Source: Candidatus Danuiimicrobium aquiferis (GTDB lineage: Bacteria; Omnitrophota; Omnitrophia; Omnitrophales; Danuiimicrobiaceae). From it: 64,000 nucleotides of DNA. Shown here piece after piece: positions 33,001 to 35,202 of this stretch. The notes under the pieces were generated by a model, which had not been told where the DNA came from, did no database searches, and worked only from the letters and a program-made list of their open reading frames with translations. Location of the stretch: assembly GCA_001804285.1 (NCBI GenBank), contig MHFR01000037.1, positions 149,952 to 213,951 on the forward strand, given 5' to 3'. The position numbers and the translations under genes are program-made. The stretch's first letter is position 1; each line of letters starts with the position of its first letter.

Positions 33001-35202
33001 TGCAACGGCAACTGCCCGGACTTCGGCGCGGGCGTTTTCTTTTTGTTCCTCACTCAAGTAACGGAGGTTCTGGCGAGGGGGGCGCTGCCATGACGTCGCG
33101 CGATAAAACTCCACATTCATACCCGGCAATGCCATTGTATCTCCTAACTCTGCACCTTTTTGCCTCATTTCACTTCTCGGCCGGATTTCCTTACCGTTTA
33201 AAACCGTCGGCACCAGTTCAATCACCAAACCATTCGCGGCGGTCTTTCTCATCTCACTTCTTTCAGCAATTTTTTCAGTCTGTAAATTCCTATCGTATTT
33301 TTGATTTGTCCTTTCGCCTAATGCCTCAAAACCGACATCCAAAAATCCTCCCCACCCATCATCAACATCAGCCGAATTCAAACCACCCAATGTTTGATAA
33401 CGCCTTGCCATTTCCAAAAACATCGGTATTACTCGATCCAGTGTCACTTTCGATGCGGCCCAATTCTTGTCAGGATAACCACTGCGTACAAAATCTGATA
33501 TTGTCATTGCCGTTACCTTCGGTTGTCCCAACTGGTATCTCGGATCGTTTAGAGTTGTTGACTTCGGGGGCATATAAACTTCCGCAAGCATTTTTTCAAG
33601 GCGCGTCGGCTCATTCTTCATCGCGGCTTCGTAAAGCTTTGATTCTTTTCGCTCGTCAATTGTTTTCGTAATTCTCGGAGCAATGACAAGATACGACGTA
33701 TCTTTTTCTTTCAGATACCGTTCGATCCCGGGCGTGTGAAATCCGCCGGTTACAATAATCGATACTTGACCATTCGAATCCACCATTTTCCGGTACGCCC
33801 GGTCGATTAATTCATGGTCGCGTTTTAAAGCTGCTTGGTAGAATTTTTCTATTTTCGGAATGTCCTGATTAATTAAATCAACTTCTTTCGGAAGCATCAA
33901 CGTCTGTTTTGCCTTCCGCGCTTCATCCTCGATGAAGGTTCTGAAATTTTCGACATTAATTTCATCGCGGTAGGAATAAAAATAATCCGCATCTTCTTTG
34001 GTGAGAGAAAAATCAAACAAATGTTCGAGGATATCCACGAACCTGTACAAGCGGTCAAGCGTCACTTCTGAGTCATTTCGGAAAAGTTTATTTTTTAAAT
34101 CTTCCTCGAGCGTATCAATTTCCTGGAACAACTCGATTCCGATCGAATCGTAATGAGACATGTAAGTTAAGTAATTCAAAACATTCTCGTATTTCTTTTC
34201 CTGCTCGGGATAAGTCGACATCTTGTCTTTGAGGTAACCGTAATATTCCTTTCGGCTTATTTTTTCGAGACGGAATTGAATGGTGTTGGTCACAAACTTG
34301 GAAAGTTCTTCGCGATTCAGGATTTTTTTGAGGTCATCAATCAAGACGTCGATTTCTTTCTCTGCCTTTTCAAAATCAATTTTCCGTTCGAGCTCATTTA
34401 ACCGGAGGAATGAATCGATCTGGCGGTATCGATAGCGCGATACTTTCAGCTCATCAGCAAGCTGTACCAAATAATTCACATAATGCCCGACGTAACTTTT
34501 TTGCTTTTGATATCCCGCATGTTCGCCGCGCAGCTTCCGCAGGGTATCGGAAAATACAAATCGCGAAACTTGATCGAGCCGGTGACGGATTTCCTCGACA
34601 TTATCTTGGTCTTTGTCTTTGAACTTCAGGGCATCCAAAAAGGCTTTCCGGTTTTCCTCGTAAAGCTCTTTATCTTCCGCACCAAAAAGTTTCAGTTCGG
34701 CCTTTTTAGTAATGGCGAGATGCTCCGGCCCCGTCAATTTTCCTTCCTTCAAATAATAATCGGCGACGGCTTGCCGCGCTTTCTCATCGGGAAATGCCGC
34801 AAAAATCGCCGTATTCAAATCACCGCTCGCGCCTTCAACCGAAATAAGTTTCGCGCCGGTTTTATATTCGAGGAATTCAATGATGCGCCCGATGTTGCGC
34901 TGCGCTTCTTCGTTGACGTGCGCGTCTTGAATGTGAATCACTAACCGTTTTTGAAGACCCTGGTAGGATGATTTGATTTCACCGATTTCAAATGGAATGA
35001 ATAATTGCTTAAGATTGGTCAGTGCTTCTTTTTCGCCGGGGATAATCGGGGAAGATTCTTGTGAGGTTTTTCGGGTGAGCGTCCCAATAATGCCACCCTG
35101 GCCATCAGCCCATGCGACTGTTGTCACAGTAAATGTAAAGACAACGATGGCGGATATTATTCTGAGAATTGGTCGGCACTTCTTACCTTGCCACATCTGC
35201 AT
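1..35202 (-). CDS. Giant multidomain membrane/secreted protein, at least 11,734 aa, 3' end outside the window
   Basis: ATG at 35202 gives MQMWQGKKCRPILRIISAIVVFTFTVTTVAWA-DG (Sec-type signal peptide). The ORF track lists no minus-strand ORF in this frame anywhere in 1-35202, so no in-frame stop is implied. All lines I translated (well over a hundred, from 35200 down to 1) are stop-free and protein-like, e.g. positions 60->1 read KRVVIEVERVTMTPVRPATL. Confidence 0.93.
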   Translation of the reverse strand, partial: MQMWQGKKCRPILRIISAIVVFTFTVTTVAWADGQGGIIGTLTRKTSQESSPIIPGEKEALTNLKQLFIPFEIGEIKSSYQGLQKRLVIHIQDAHVNEEAQRNIGRIIEFLEYKTGAKLISVEGASGDLNTAIFAAFPDEKARQAVADYYLKEGKLTGPEHLAITKKAELKLFGAEDKELYEENRKAFLDALKFKDKDQDNVEEIRHRLDQVSRFVFSDTLRKLRGEHAGYQKQKSYVGHYVNYLVQLADELKVSRYRYRQIDSFLRLNELERKIDFEKAEKEIDVLIDDLKKILNREELSKFVTNTIQFRLEKISRKEYYGYLKDKMSTYPEQEKKYENVLNYLTYMSHYDSIGIELFQEIDTLEEDLKNKLFRNDSEVTLDRLYRFVDILEHLFDFSLTKEDADYFYSYRDEINVENFRTFIEDEARKAKQTLMLPKEVDLINQDIPKIEKFYQAALKRDHELIDRAYRKMVDSNGQVSIIVTGGFHTPGIERYLKEKDTSYLVIAPRITKTIDERKESKLYEAAMKNEPTRLEKMLAEVYMPPKSTTLNDPRYQLGQPKVTAMTISDFVRSGYPDKNWAASKVTLDRVIPMFLEMARRYQTLGGLNSADVDDGWGGFLDVGFEALGERTNQKYDRNLQTEKIAERSEMRKTAANGLVIELVPTVLNGKEIRPRSEMRQKGAELGDTMALPGMNVEFYRATSWQRPPRQNLRYLSEEQKENARAEVRAVAVAHAAVVEPAQKPVTGPTGDDRTQRLSRMFRFLGVQREWGKLNLQEQAAVIDFVIGTMSLTKRPFFKSWKEIQGNSEAMQMPWVRDFFRLQQPPTYNLNAFRYILVHFHPSMGDGFQDPSVIEQSEDLRELWAIWNQAENKFAITNVKGNSPYRMLLGDIAEKIDQALEMKEPDQRMTALSGIKEMILRVLRILAQLRGKTPFLHQVESDLQEYVLEISKISSSGEAPEAALNEARAHYEEMVFTNKAEDPALYDVLESIRQNIYDQNTARKIYALLDPENLKEVAYDLRLGRLAKKGQKLNPRRALKQVRQREVLKMINQRGGLSFASLTELMRKRKEELQEASSTPDQFNFAVSDSTIRRDLKELEAIGIKRISRDVPVKSGGTVKRVYYYDSKGDFAIGLAETITEPAAFNQTIVEKAQFEASQLKFREEFAKGELTTLTAADLARLAGFNPKITPPSQPTQAATVRPRTPISPAQLAGSPETWAAKRAAQVRMRSEVRETISEEIMPGKGIQKVVPTAGKETARDRLIKFRRDLHNKRERLIENILDSLLPDGVSLRKHGFTIKEVYAVLSFANEVMVDFLVLGKLDQAKVEKMGRPQYKVIQKLLKGIITNEERGTYYDISDRARASVTRVGLSTVRSYLNSRTHTDVDAVLTDQDKAAGKIYKRVREKTVVSGKPAIRDVYYDATIPESPTRAIGQVPAQPPTRAAAVSVREGAKAPGVPEIQTPVVPPEKPGTGILQPNRGPSKAERWGHLLSVMGISAFLFFFIAPVFTSVLSTIFLFSLLHPMFAVVTTNFFLLILSMGLAEMIFSFAEVAIQAIHRIAGTYDESVRTVLETGKSSGQRIPRPSPVSSREDMVAYLIEHGAQLDELNKIANSFGFETIFDVSKENMWKIVRDVEKQNETLDIEHHQMLHQKKAASRKLQSHVMEALKQRQKIGFVRAIGTGIGSWAKTRFTSTKGFLDALIELVTLPYHLMESFLLVNFIPKMMWKYGVRQNRLTADKIYRLVRYRFETGDARALTDAGIIQASFARRVFTDGSSIAKYVVWDDQTVSRGTKDFLNKRIYMGLVGGIGALLLPVSWQFYAIPITFLAFFTLYGWLSSVVTVTGLYLPKEVAQMQMRMVTAAWQAQADGLDLEKEVREKLIALGQHLQAPDFLDRYQEFQSWVGTKEGLTADQHDEINAFLKGQLIPLIQHQRLRLSHEAEYHELMKLLLTDSTGPPAKIGKLHPWWVRLPFLGGLLTWLATPYAFKSLQKAAFSRQSIFFWLKMFFWASLGMSLILPLEINGVLWLGETVDHGIDLATGHTLGSMTVDEQAIVDAAKNDQDITQKSGAMIKAALADGRITLEEQQLIHVLGSEHVLGDIETHIIRGDLNGATQVLDRSLTDEASKFTGVHTAFAMVEVEALSIASDMGFAAKQAIGVGHQNPLVEMGITGIDPQMKVMPREMETVNQAVRFNRQMQGVSQASMLIRVVPDDPAKAKLQEDLERVVKTSSKSADNRLVGYMEISAKAQEKLVKAIQEQKATPVLPPSPEIGREKNIFLVKDWLKQAGAGIFSRMQVAVQALNGDKTRTPPDAKAMTAKVLVTGLQGFLTSAIASVIIGGMPGQATQPEPAVRATETPAVPFSAEEAENLFDQEFPGYENSLQNVQGKITPDQVKQEFLTAFQKLPEKQRNSEQAKGVLTKTVADVLNRMTPAPTEKPATPPTEKPVTAFIVNSANELFEKTFGVDPSAVRIKLEGFMVDQVEKLVSAELAYRELTERLNEMGFAVRPAGFEQKLKDLIFKLRQEKKNGRVTERTEEEFRKLFENFGLLQPVPDLKEATKMTTMEPETSQVMIGDLFAPKVDANGQTIHSVLDLVVERYRPDVPAKYQKILGSPEVKVERISPVAGETPDMALSASDGYVFKVIDPDGKESFYDAASLREKYKGQKWDALPKLFVGFGIFINGEKFTFGKIGASFFIGIKGELKPGRVEEQFKTLNDIQKARLDYAQRIYQARDEADAALRDYVSLAERIRKFDGVNLGEWNRELGSAAYQMLLHIDDQAPNKVATLYNEQFKQYLFWHRELLGIERVLKEKLGLPNSAKIVLTPEFEKWLRTEEAQVPADMVWKNGFALRRLEVEHAAIDLQSQVDESRQIISSVPYQFIAGLTLQETVGVNLLSLIGNLFLIKGNDMTDEEINHPRVEHERTQLKMVEDYRQEVEKLVKDSKTLQEQFHQQKKVMGQTYKNYQLALQDQQKGIESIDRVRLASLIWIDSVSRLDNIRVQLQKNAISLRNWNQKVQDSIHQIYPVKGAEKIVDTSKHLEHYSADSLRGVLGEFSRAYGERERIREEKKDRLLSRSRYNVEEQVRQLSRGEALKLLQERNELFYDLRAEQLRWEDGKPGKLLGTNRDGKLAPVRALVDPWRFNDQSLNEQWGEVMEHDGKERLAKAYRHLRNLNRYVHVLDTQIQYQQDADIRFREIVHTPGDSKEKLTEHRKTALEKIHAVRSLIIEEARKVLSPDSPLLGKLNDEEDLLKKIEANLKLTRLEDLSPAEQEDQPAEIKRLRAETAGHLTLQDIEGRQTETGEALKLGDIIDLAGNKAVDPVTASDLNVLRAERKKISSRGPFANVDVESVGFTFLANWQKVVDQAAVNKQSGPSQLGQLQKVAGLAGAVISVASGQPMGIIEVLGTASQVASLFTNVPPQFGMALSWFTPASVGIPGISSAANLIPEGVGQYSSVTPIAPGVGHVSQGNYFDAVRSQQLPAVYSQQTVTPTASGVGQVQNQSISVPQGAVDMAKDQAGGGSSSDLPMKWQNQNIGFVQVVTRYKGNAEQVLAEIDSQIILREQGAQLVKNDVQLKEMQLRFEYIQLKNDRQLLNDFIKELETEVSKLITQEEQNAGATTRSRETLNQLILQAAGSLLVLDQSLARFPERLNSSYDKGGLSLSESASNHVIREWDKLLESGMTLLNQEGIFKFTSGVYRDSRVDPFAAARLLVAQKDHAEKVLETTAARKNIISSVTGSTTPEIFLALSQIPEVINQLGDAQVKYIREVALRMEPFTSQDRVDQVKAMIKSSRGFSAWITGSRLNDDVQKALLNYAIALENLGRYQRDTETNRKTALLELEENVGELRRVFAKHEKVQADINDLERKIKEAKARMPQESGQAKQVEELDARKIQLDLERRKLEQVLMYYRMDVVGSVVRLASMPDLGRLKENGISLDRLRGESLYRSIPEFWKKFGNANGGDPEVAERLGLLTQAFDTPIDVDDQGIDERHHTSQVLDHDRTRELTQSAYNRNALFELERVYIEEYQGKFGPRWREQLSRDTGGFFHASKTGWDLTLSIYLSLNRTFENIHLTEKSKKMIENQALNTLKQNKSVELGLDDMVLEYEKLLSEMKELDKMAEELKENRSTPYIENFKKKHGTLIDRYHIEIEGIYGPEQLPYEVNLMRFVVVGRLKQQRERLIGAFGEFTDDPESIFVTPENIQLIGYERANVLNIDKMSRETWLEWAQKDVDLRYQENKADAQKAQAEAAHVGLFGPLYFEGGLGLSVGARGSWDNQGGIGFPFTLRADGTVTLDPSKMHMARAEMIKELHERWNIKDVKNNIVRRHMELLANYVVSRHMFDISDRLLREGLRNEQAHWEKMIKEESSDWRTHIEHPTLGWSRLIGIERARNEEFKAIISWSKQIQASLELAGIDPKRIGFQEVKFTNTEDISKEPDAESHRQVEVLRSVVDQTQRMRANLKLQEAQKQTDAVQKVTDPIIAKPPQELSDDGYNQIEKTLEGQEPFRPKVTSYDELIATAPETTNSKYDVLEIKESVKQFLDALKVTYEGHVDVNDLNTFVLKFYEIAHARNISVDKMKLILGRATEAAKKLIDNKTIQEIRDNPALMSQKFPNFMEEFLRDRFDTKEIADAGGRDRDKKLNLFLMGWAFELGVYDYKQQQIGFSRPKSIDDRVAETAEMLLIYNRMISRPSGQDLTVSELADMRRLDAWIMDVTNSADAARQSLNHGGLVFGIYPKIDPATFNKVLDVTQTVSKDQLTREAYNLVVKAVSEAFADSAPDPETLKKWNEFRARIRDFENFQKSWDREILVLKEVALKAKQSVDQLRNRQIVLRKMYDLPEFITYTTKLGIKNPEFFDHDRDHGRLVAVFSLFYKFKLMDQLLISKDPEVFWKEHEAKFRQFFTQLNALVDQVGFHSMVVGAIGDGQIFERIKDYQKGQMPTPTETEALYKEAKQLLNQVPSAFHLRILLEEARQNGEKNKLTLLDVQALAREAKEVRSTYINGETLSFLNFTKEYFKDLKAKNVIRAEDLTEDQKGIKPERLGVVARRYHQAMEETRPLINKFYRDKDKPLVLSNAADMGLWNALTQFYLTGLDLETFTLHLQWSRAIAGGDQDRIDNYINSTELVKANHNLAVAIIGEEGKEKGKISEVGNRIDPETFQRGMASGLATHLLLHPEMDPATNPERLVTLINNIRNMIGDEAQLKIAKAQALLELQLKNQNPDLRLYLSVPDHFSVFFSFLIQAEFAGGVYPYAHKHQNDMSFLSDHLKTKNNLTFRLPVLPPPSLWTQPGSAQTAPAGVHPTIISNAEILRMQEEVSRIGIRSVEVAGATPLAGTQPAASRPVSSEPGEAKAPDTALEFAVGQVNRANKLRFGDKAKVYTVKDVFKNNLVRMEVMGMLSRMTEEGSRDKTEKVGAQEFAWLAQTPAETVERYDVVSGEIVKDGKSGKTALEIAVDNARELEIAVSGKDRYGITMDNFKKNRFAWNLVRAQLTAMAKEGVFEFHAKLHGKAGKSGILDYARNEGKVKGEIDRAASTIKQFYEAVGVPIFGSDFSFDQFKKDPRVQSMILSELGIIVEKGFDKWKVEREKLIAKLNDPKARSAGIERANKYYADIGEIIREDLPAISEETFIYDSNIRALALAWFESLVVEGDIQWRLKNADVEAFAARKTQTPEFTKEFETKVRSLYEKILKRPVGEIWSPSESGVRAGLIHMVAHEYAKRPGVSDSDILDLMKRITDRIDSFITPPKDKDNKSSLIQKLFNAIDSSKTKTFDRENPVHLGLLLSWLKEGEARTTRLIEILESPVFDSYQKMIHDGDTGYDFRKELSEAFRDAGEDLEHKARFNDLMAQLSFFVKQYDSKANLEKDLRDRMNLVKILKGTGTVSDMFKNQMEFLKGISFSHQTPDKKMHQVNWYQAEEDAFIALQQLKYGRLGVEKVLDDIKEEFKRVYAEGLLNAYVQFLHDRDIEIPDIDQMQEKDHDQLKKIAPAISNYQAVAKLYSSYPVHHEIMDVSAKADFDQYIKRLMEDSELREGGLISIETETDAQGEKQTKEKTFDRKELETQLLPSFAVRYMRGGALHWLERMQKPPYKDGKPLILMEVEKRIGDRKKIWELWEKHWDGIPIDTNQVDSIGNIDPERMTDQDYENLFHYTAVIQKQYANKYLGNVLLSREDKNQFYRNLLFDELIFAYLGDGNLAWDTNLPLRNIVSRVAGNPDAIGLWRTEQFFKNILTDTKNRQVVYQLTSGPKQEGRRLVLWEGERKLGILFDPETEAFFAKLFEGDKTSPSVVRAYSSAFFTMNGVSNKFVELAYGEISRDKISIKEPNQLDRFIRYRLLVRPDETMLSKVEDGILANNGHEEFVMRLNKKNHVKISDRAVAEYAKKIKSGEVTPQGLKALIEDFRIVSKDLERIYGYITNADELLRALEKVKFNKDESGKRDVVRKAIITLAKGVAIRLAEKMPANEQISITFEEEQKEPADLIDLWAKTFLDQEKKKDLVYRITLTKEQKDEILRLRNIGKLTLTEIKTLFSDLRVLQEQIDQLKRKDTSLEIYPKIVFAIAAVISRVSLDHSSLVPEDVLYSKAELKRESKVHGAVVLDAENHVKYEMEKEFAKEAEKKTITIDGKTVVDEKAVVNLREAPIEVGKAKQHNTWILVNNISKWLVIIFLALLLLITGETIRRKRASQVTGEKDEPIGSRLVPQKIRDWFARHPGIPFITPTIGESGAVGAKSPDYENYRPRGFPSKLIFQMIAITGIAGVFAWAIAIFSVDWAYVLPGMVVLLVVHIFFLSLDLGKIAMDRTATLWGKPMAPRSADFRAFRKERFKEVLSRQRVGGQRLDLASIEREWVREELARLGVDTTTIDDATINNKKRLEKELKRRGIVVLDIKSGGRTKLKKQLSRQGIDVAEIQKAWLKERLTIHGITLPDAVFDDRKQLTEALRANKIDIASVEDLVFDNRDMLEETLQALGIPFIDLESVKDSIYYDEAALVQKLRARGVDLWGFQKAWIKDEFSRQGIDVEGIGREWLKEQLRRGGVNVNAINQEIFNDRARLEDELRRLGFPTDTEAVKESVFDNEAQFRQELIRQRIDRSTNKVFADNLIGNLNANSFRGNELTDGWDQGVLDAIRGRIENGQTVAKQEWADALNQILAVRMRVQDYGSIQRSPKMLSRLDDATKALLARALEPAAVFTVAELESLNRKILEAVYPQILRKGQTTIDLDSILHFRFSDSIPEAYKPAVVMPSTAKNENLGDFNSGPIKNMEEIMRGNTDPATVFIIASSGPISLEIARRQKEAAEALGRKMNRRVIYLYRSWAATNHNVSKKYGWIMDIATSLRAGNLYRTIEYHTLSGRTLRADVALKGGVLSAVLGLIGLALGNFAIGVGIGLIITTVWLYWSSGQTNRKLPVPHDQRIEDMVGPVEYVNLQEFFTNTPVFSYAGGYYPDEHGENIGLQGLGFNLKEFDARGSEKLELVDPSKRIWMAFFMDEKNSMGYELYKMVESMFTDKLLTGMTEPFVKKIRTDVEGFSLESFEKMINEDVLDREVFANFLRTLKREGETLTPESLDKIFGVLIRAAEYGEEYQKLLDERSAAEQSRDLLNREIAAIEGAITPATPLTDDQKRDLRNKLFDLISIEMSLKTMDDRIKAIETQNKNDGRKASELIRTSQIARETLNEIEKYLRKNLEEAGYGQALEDYRHYDVMKESVRNMAHADNDWATVGTPEIEMRNLDAGNISRDSRIATTAQQAGIFHGVRLREVTDNNQIFYGKTAYVLDRGLFGPPGTPKYAVIKFAIFWGSIGGAILGYLLMNYVFLLPQFAWIGSGIFLVLGYFILGAFEKPYIRSGMGVIHYGDPSHDYREPRGPFTMKAIFEEANTNVEKKMKRGQRWGRSDNFFRIPLFFEPGHPMSLRFNTFWGTKGYLNEPMMLSFIVLLLGIIPTVSGIADKIFPLERLTEFSELNVLTLAWGASMLIVIGLTKYTGLIMSKSTSRLKRAVGLTVFFAAVNLFVFYFSVMVTVPVILISGLASFILLQAIATRAGPKWSLAVLTGLVVVNVLVLMSVGVFGYVIPIYWITAAGSILLVILSAIYKGSDSSFVLGKPAREEVTKELTDSTVINLTNPFQGFIDQLHFWNRGFAQGFQPFKPSGFQHHRGRFFKTLAALAILNTALFFKLGWIAAVIPLPLGATAIGVIAILGSLHLLYLSTGRYIPVGWLAAALVMAGILIPGVVGIPISLIFNKSLFGGASFTSDVANLIPGAKEAGLISVLNNLATHLGADGFTTPALLGTLLGIPGWVITVAIVAFSVAVSAMLMSRFMKWIHAVGIHPVSGVLNDAQPWATFAAVAGGAALTAIFSAGLVSFPYVILVASDVLHTFYFAHMWSFFWVSLPMISWAIGFYFIWRNSKLNKDNKEEPYYGDKVYVKILKGLFLVGAVAAYVALSYFAFGWLTGVISHTAVGYIAAFITYIETIGRPLSLSILFGASVLVQLIHFRFGHMIPKLHRRILMFPLVWLFPVTVANGIFNGVVGFFDRLRTKVRNDDLISIGSIVAAKGDIKKQPKNLEAIRIKVLLYLNELPGDRPDGEKIRIRELFEIPAGDSNYFDNDLEREEAELQVLNAELDDLNNIDAAQRTPEQNHRRDEIATRVTGLKVRTGKFSGPRDELYRTQAELFFRRRGGERVLPVENAVAIRKRIKSLAKEYAELKAQPGATKWREVARNQTLVLRNRMFVYGFIAGIALFIGLGAWSGLIIYSKWFLFSVSFIAQGLLSIMGWLPVMQGMAWLFSLVPYYGKFWMTTNYESILKWVEAENPSPAIFPSDLVGRLDANSFVGNGLANGWDQGKLDAIRTRLRNGGAVTIEEWANALNQILVARMRRTDYQSIQRNSAMRNRLDIETRELLSRVLDRTAVMKTIEIAYLNRRLLDAIYPQILRQSEKGKKDFEKDAPKIWAVKKELSEIDGLAYYGNPALLQSSAQRPIPGTGILVTTNVTDVNDDRSITAKSKRFLWREIQGMGTVVTTDVDGNGRASNKSKRFLLRTVPNGVGLVITTDVDENGALPRVIRRFLRQDVPGGGIVITTDADQAGGFVERTSKRFLQTDTPRGTVITTDVNANGSATARSLTGEFNQEGKLVKENVIEDARPVERFYDYYPGGEVVVRSKMPWTWQWPEAFNEGVRNVWLIREPLSVFQFRLKVASALAPGFRTADFSLNGQKLWKTVTRNFFIVAAMTVGLRVLFVALITSGWVFPASILGWIPLVSILAAVTIVIVIPFLNSFEGNSLKERFRGFWQFLKWFFGRSGIRRFGTVLKEYAPEAARSVTKTEIDAAQVIYDFLGNVGVRRAPNAIGVEQMPVAPSENLTRARIPNSAVGPYLWEVLRKGEALRQQLRDNWRERGRTERNEILNAERMIQGLLVEEPVTKTEIAAAQVLYDLLKERRDRDIPDHPAYLSGRSRYTAALYFRDLIRLTTAQVTQQPLRWHASRKVRRAEKTLQKFLIRRPATTAEIDAANLLNDFIIGAGVQNAPPVLQGRLIAGQIPYAAILADLDVLVQRSRQLHDFGKVEEAEHTLQRFLKTAGERMSKEARRAIVRGYLQEEFNMSEDQVRERFFREQGQYFGRLTFRRDIRIIKRQLRQSGDQRSEAREKVTKDVTLRGMGPLAAILGAGIFAAIWNFVSGYPFLAGGLGLGMTAIVFFLISKLFWVKWYIWRLRRVGGVADEATINALVKLGSHVVQPLINALRGRGFFSTSGVVEILTRIGSPSIEPLIEAARSINSPPHIRGVTAGVLANNNDTRAVEIFSDLLTENNDSWRRYAIESLGNIGDARAVSPLVAAFFNRNGEIDRKLIIAALNKMGAFGQVELLVVALKDNNVGAEKFQQFLALALEEFQNPLIAVEVATRLGIPDAKLLVAISAIKKFGKDDADKVLKRLNLTDNEIASICISVLNDHSGIAQAEVRAVQTLMDIKPALSSDVNEKIRNALLNIPLYDNAPAYFDSADVSWLKNSLEAALVRLRAAVQFGANSESIARAIATPLKTGDAGAIVFAFLLCDHYYSNFQAAQTPSKGWFYIWEKAQAIASLRVSNPSAPYEFKIWESFMQHWTRLSLDGGVSVDFDILTKKRIALYRKLIALFAQYPDLIGHSELILRELFSRIKFSQQDYEHSEEVEVVVGYRDTTKSAEHPSSEPIYEKQWQTSRRSFAFVSSERAENFLEYLYKHGELPKELLEIKMSPDFNKALAEKALKTGKIEFNHVERLARFLHLLKQNQIEDVVVAGGSVRDLFFDKIPKDIDIGIKVRLLDEERNEFSAKVVSGNERIYQYALKQLEKLARALNVSVDQLLNPDPKRPVMFEGVEVQYAGPTVVQVKDDKKANQSHAFYPRRILFDSTTRTAYSGNTGASVLQMGIDAEGYLYGYQQGLQDLLAEKTTIVGKPEGMFMGDILRLYRLKHQFGVKIEDPNFIVDRRFEEYKKGTILRIFPQEIRVLDRLVNAVIDTARDPERARQDLEVSGINELIARAKDQAGKEPRSEARVEEGARDKGQARETVDSRLKPAGMTEEVKSAGMTEGEKASSIVSPVSLTLSQVSTAAETDFDHLAFPDRDQVLDRTQWDAARDVIVVLGNPLAGYPQHVVDALKELDLPGKVLFVGKGTGAVAEWQSVSEAVLKLDLKNELKLVDENRMLWDSADASMNTGANIETVLAILNREGITPRNVVLIHAPQSLLVSKRIFEKQWTEKEVKDGDKIIIPADSIPQPQFYTYALPSYIEQVKESLRTGVAAPGTQILHFQKDEPDALLGLVKDIRWQMDRIHNWAPKFIENKPGDLSPAAVAAESIILQYLEPSSARPAAADTVQRSEVRTLTPEEMLAAFDASQVNTQELAAVKAEVGRADIVVLIPMYNEIAENNIPGTTGRRVDVVQLVRTVHQSLQEYLSEGQKAFIYVIGETKGSAAKVAMATVQKQAALLNGQDTRIIVRGFGKEEAYAGLVGKKWASRLAMKAAESAEAKAFLSLDGDSIIEGDWVQKLLNPVFRGNAAYVSPNYIRSYGKDDSALISHFMYPFFSAMFGKSIRMPNGGEFAVTGNMLTNFLAEDAIWTAVIPDEEFFAASAIGSGGKAQDVWLGEKVHKLGPLSPEKLAVYVEVVKLLFAQIEDHPEWWKARVNNSDIQAIGESGPPAEVAKQPAADLILSGFNPEEWMSAFKSGYRANRAYYQKRFSQIIPILDRLNAAEQAAFSLTSNEWAQIVFAFLQYYLDNKTEAERNLIPARLGSIFLARVAAFAKEIHAKTYGEAEALIHDQARMFAAEKMRTFGRSEVRSIMTPEFSAKVNAAYNPELTGAALTRAQNEVEQAVLAFIDQLPGSLKSSMPSEIDPMKVFSQFNQVGIFGWQDLAKIRGVAWKTGDGKDDYATFKMHQDIILEGLNALRLGNFEFFQNHVLKGARVSESLLDQLRTNYYRLNTRDKELLAVAVVLHDFGRVVTSGPLHTDVGGRLIQALAQKFGFNPVEAALLRNLTVREADFGSLPFGESVPANVTTGLEAEGINVDRFLGLMSILFVLDVSGVGTGKFGKLTDNHLTNTLYFREKANLKALQQQWGKVRFEAFKITETGVILDLKNTAPNTQFFDALGSDVNASPEFNVFINTLTTMRMAYLLRRLIGAGHVEDVSKFIYILYRLSDLAGMKFMGMSSDQPETADKLQKALSENSVVALKSAKFELKDRKELLITPSAGVVMTIPVTLVDSDKRVVIEVERVTMTPVRPATL
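550..1080 (-). other. HD-superfamily phosphohydrolase-like domain within the giant ORF
   Basis: KMHQDII ... LLAVAVVLHDFGR (LHDFGR at 853-870) ... GPLHTDVGG ... LFVLDVSG: the H...HD...H...D pattern of HD domains. Confidence 0.65.
1850..2620 (-). other. GT-A glycosyltransferase domain (glucosyl/mannosylglycerate synthase-like) within the giant ORF
   Basis: ADIVVLIPMYNE (about 2572-2607), DxD motif LDGD (2233-2244), PNYIR..DD, IRMPNGGEFA (to 2041) and VWLGEKVH. Confidence 0.7.
2850..3430 (-). other. DUF218/YdcF-like domain within the giant ORF
   Basis: DVIVVLGN, VLFVGKGTG, SMNTGANI (about 3181-3204) and VVLIHAP...RIFEKQW match the YdcF/ElyC motif order. Confidence 0.65.
3572..3630. repeat. GTCATTCCCGC-type palindromic element inserted in frame in the giant ORF
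   Basis: ctctgtcattcccgca occurs twice, followed by ggctttaagcgggaatcc. It is the same family as the intergenic copies at 48326 and 55303, and it translates as VDSRLKPAGMTEEVKSAGMT. Confidence 0.85.
3800..4470 (-). other. Class II nucleotidyltransferase (CCA-adding/poly(A) polymerase head-like) domain within the giant ORF
   Basis: VVVAGGSVRDLFFDKIPKDIDIGI (GGxVRD at 4423-4440, DxD at 4387-4398), then GLQDL and DILRLYRL..FG. Confidence 0.75.
5400..6120 (-). other. PBS-lyase-type HEAT repeats within the giant ORF
   Basis: INALVKLGSHVVQPLINAL, EILTRIGSPSIEPLIEA and YAIESLGNIGDARAVSPL. Confidence 0.8.
7870..8300 (-). repeat. About five copies of a ~30-aa tandem protein repeat (G.V.TTDV..NG.....SKRFL)
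   Basis: GILVTTNVTDVNDD..SKRFL; GTVVTTDVDGNG..SKRFL; GLVITTDVDENG..RRFL; GIVITTDADQAG..SKRFL; GTVITTDVNANG. Confidence 0.85.
8880..13400 (-). other. Divergent GT48 (1,3-beta-glucan/callose synthase)-like region with many TM helices
   Basis: SLRAGNLYRTI (13189-13221) resembles the FKS motif WASLRxQTLYRT. Weaker matches follow in the expected order (FFMDEKN, IFYGK, VIHYGDPS, KGYLN, GFQHHRGRF), and 8900-11850 is densely hydrophobic. Confidence 0.5.
13950..14740 (-). repeat. Tandem ~18-25 aa helical protein repeat (W/L..E.L.R.G[IV]D)
   Basis: WVREELARLGVD, LEKELKRRGIV, LKKQLSRQGIDV, WLKERLTIHGI, LVQKLRARGVD, WIKDEFSRQGIDV, WLKEQLRRGGVNV, LEDELRRLGF. Confidence 0.8.
21960..27440 (-). other. Three tandem TolC/OEP-like units within the giant ORF
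   Basis: About six helix/beta-hairpin/coiled-coil half-repeats, e.g. LKLGDIIDLAG..VTASDLNVLRAE..GPFANVDV, LPKLFVGFG..GASFFIGIKGEL..QKARLDY and WAQKDVDLRYQENKADAQKAQAEAAHVGLFGPLYFEGGLG. Confidence 0.5.
31885..32075 (-). other. DeoR/ArgR-type winged HTH within the giant ORF
   Basis: RQREVLKMINQRGGLSFASLTE...FAVSDSTIRRDLKELEAIG. Confidence 0.75.
33660..35000 (-). other. N-terminal Tiki/TraB/ChaN/EreA-superfamily-like domain of the giant ORF
   Basis: IQDAH (34918-34932), VEGA (34828-34839), RDH (33814-33822) and VTGGFH (GGFH at 33736-33747) give the H-E-R-H order of this superfamily. Confidence 0.6.
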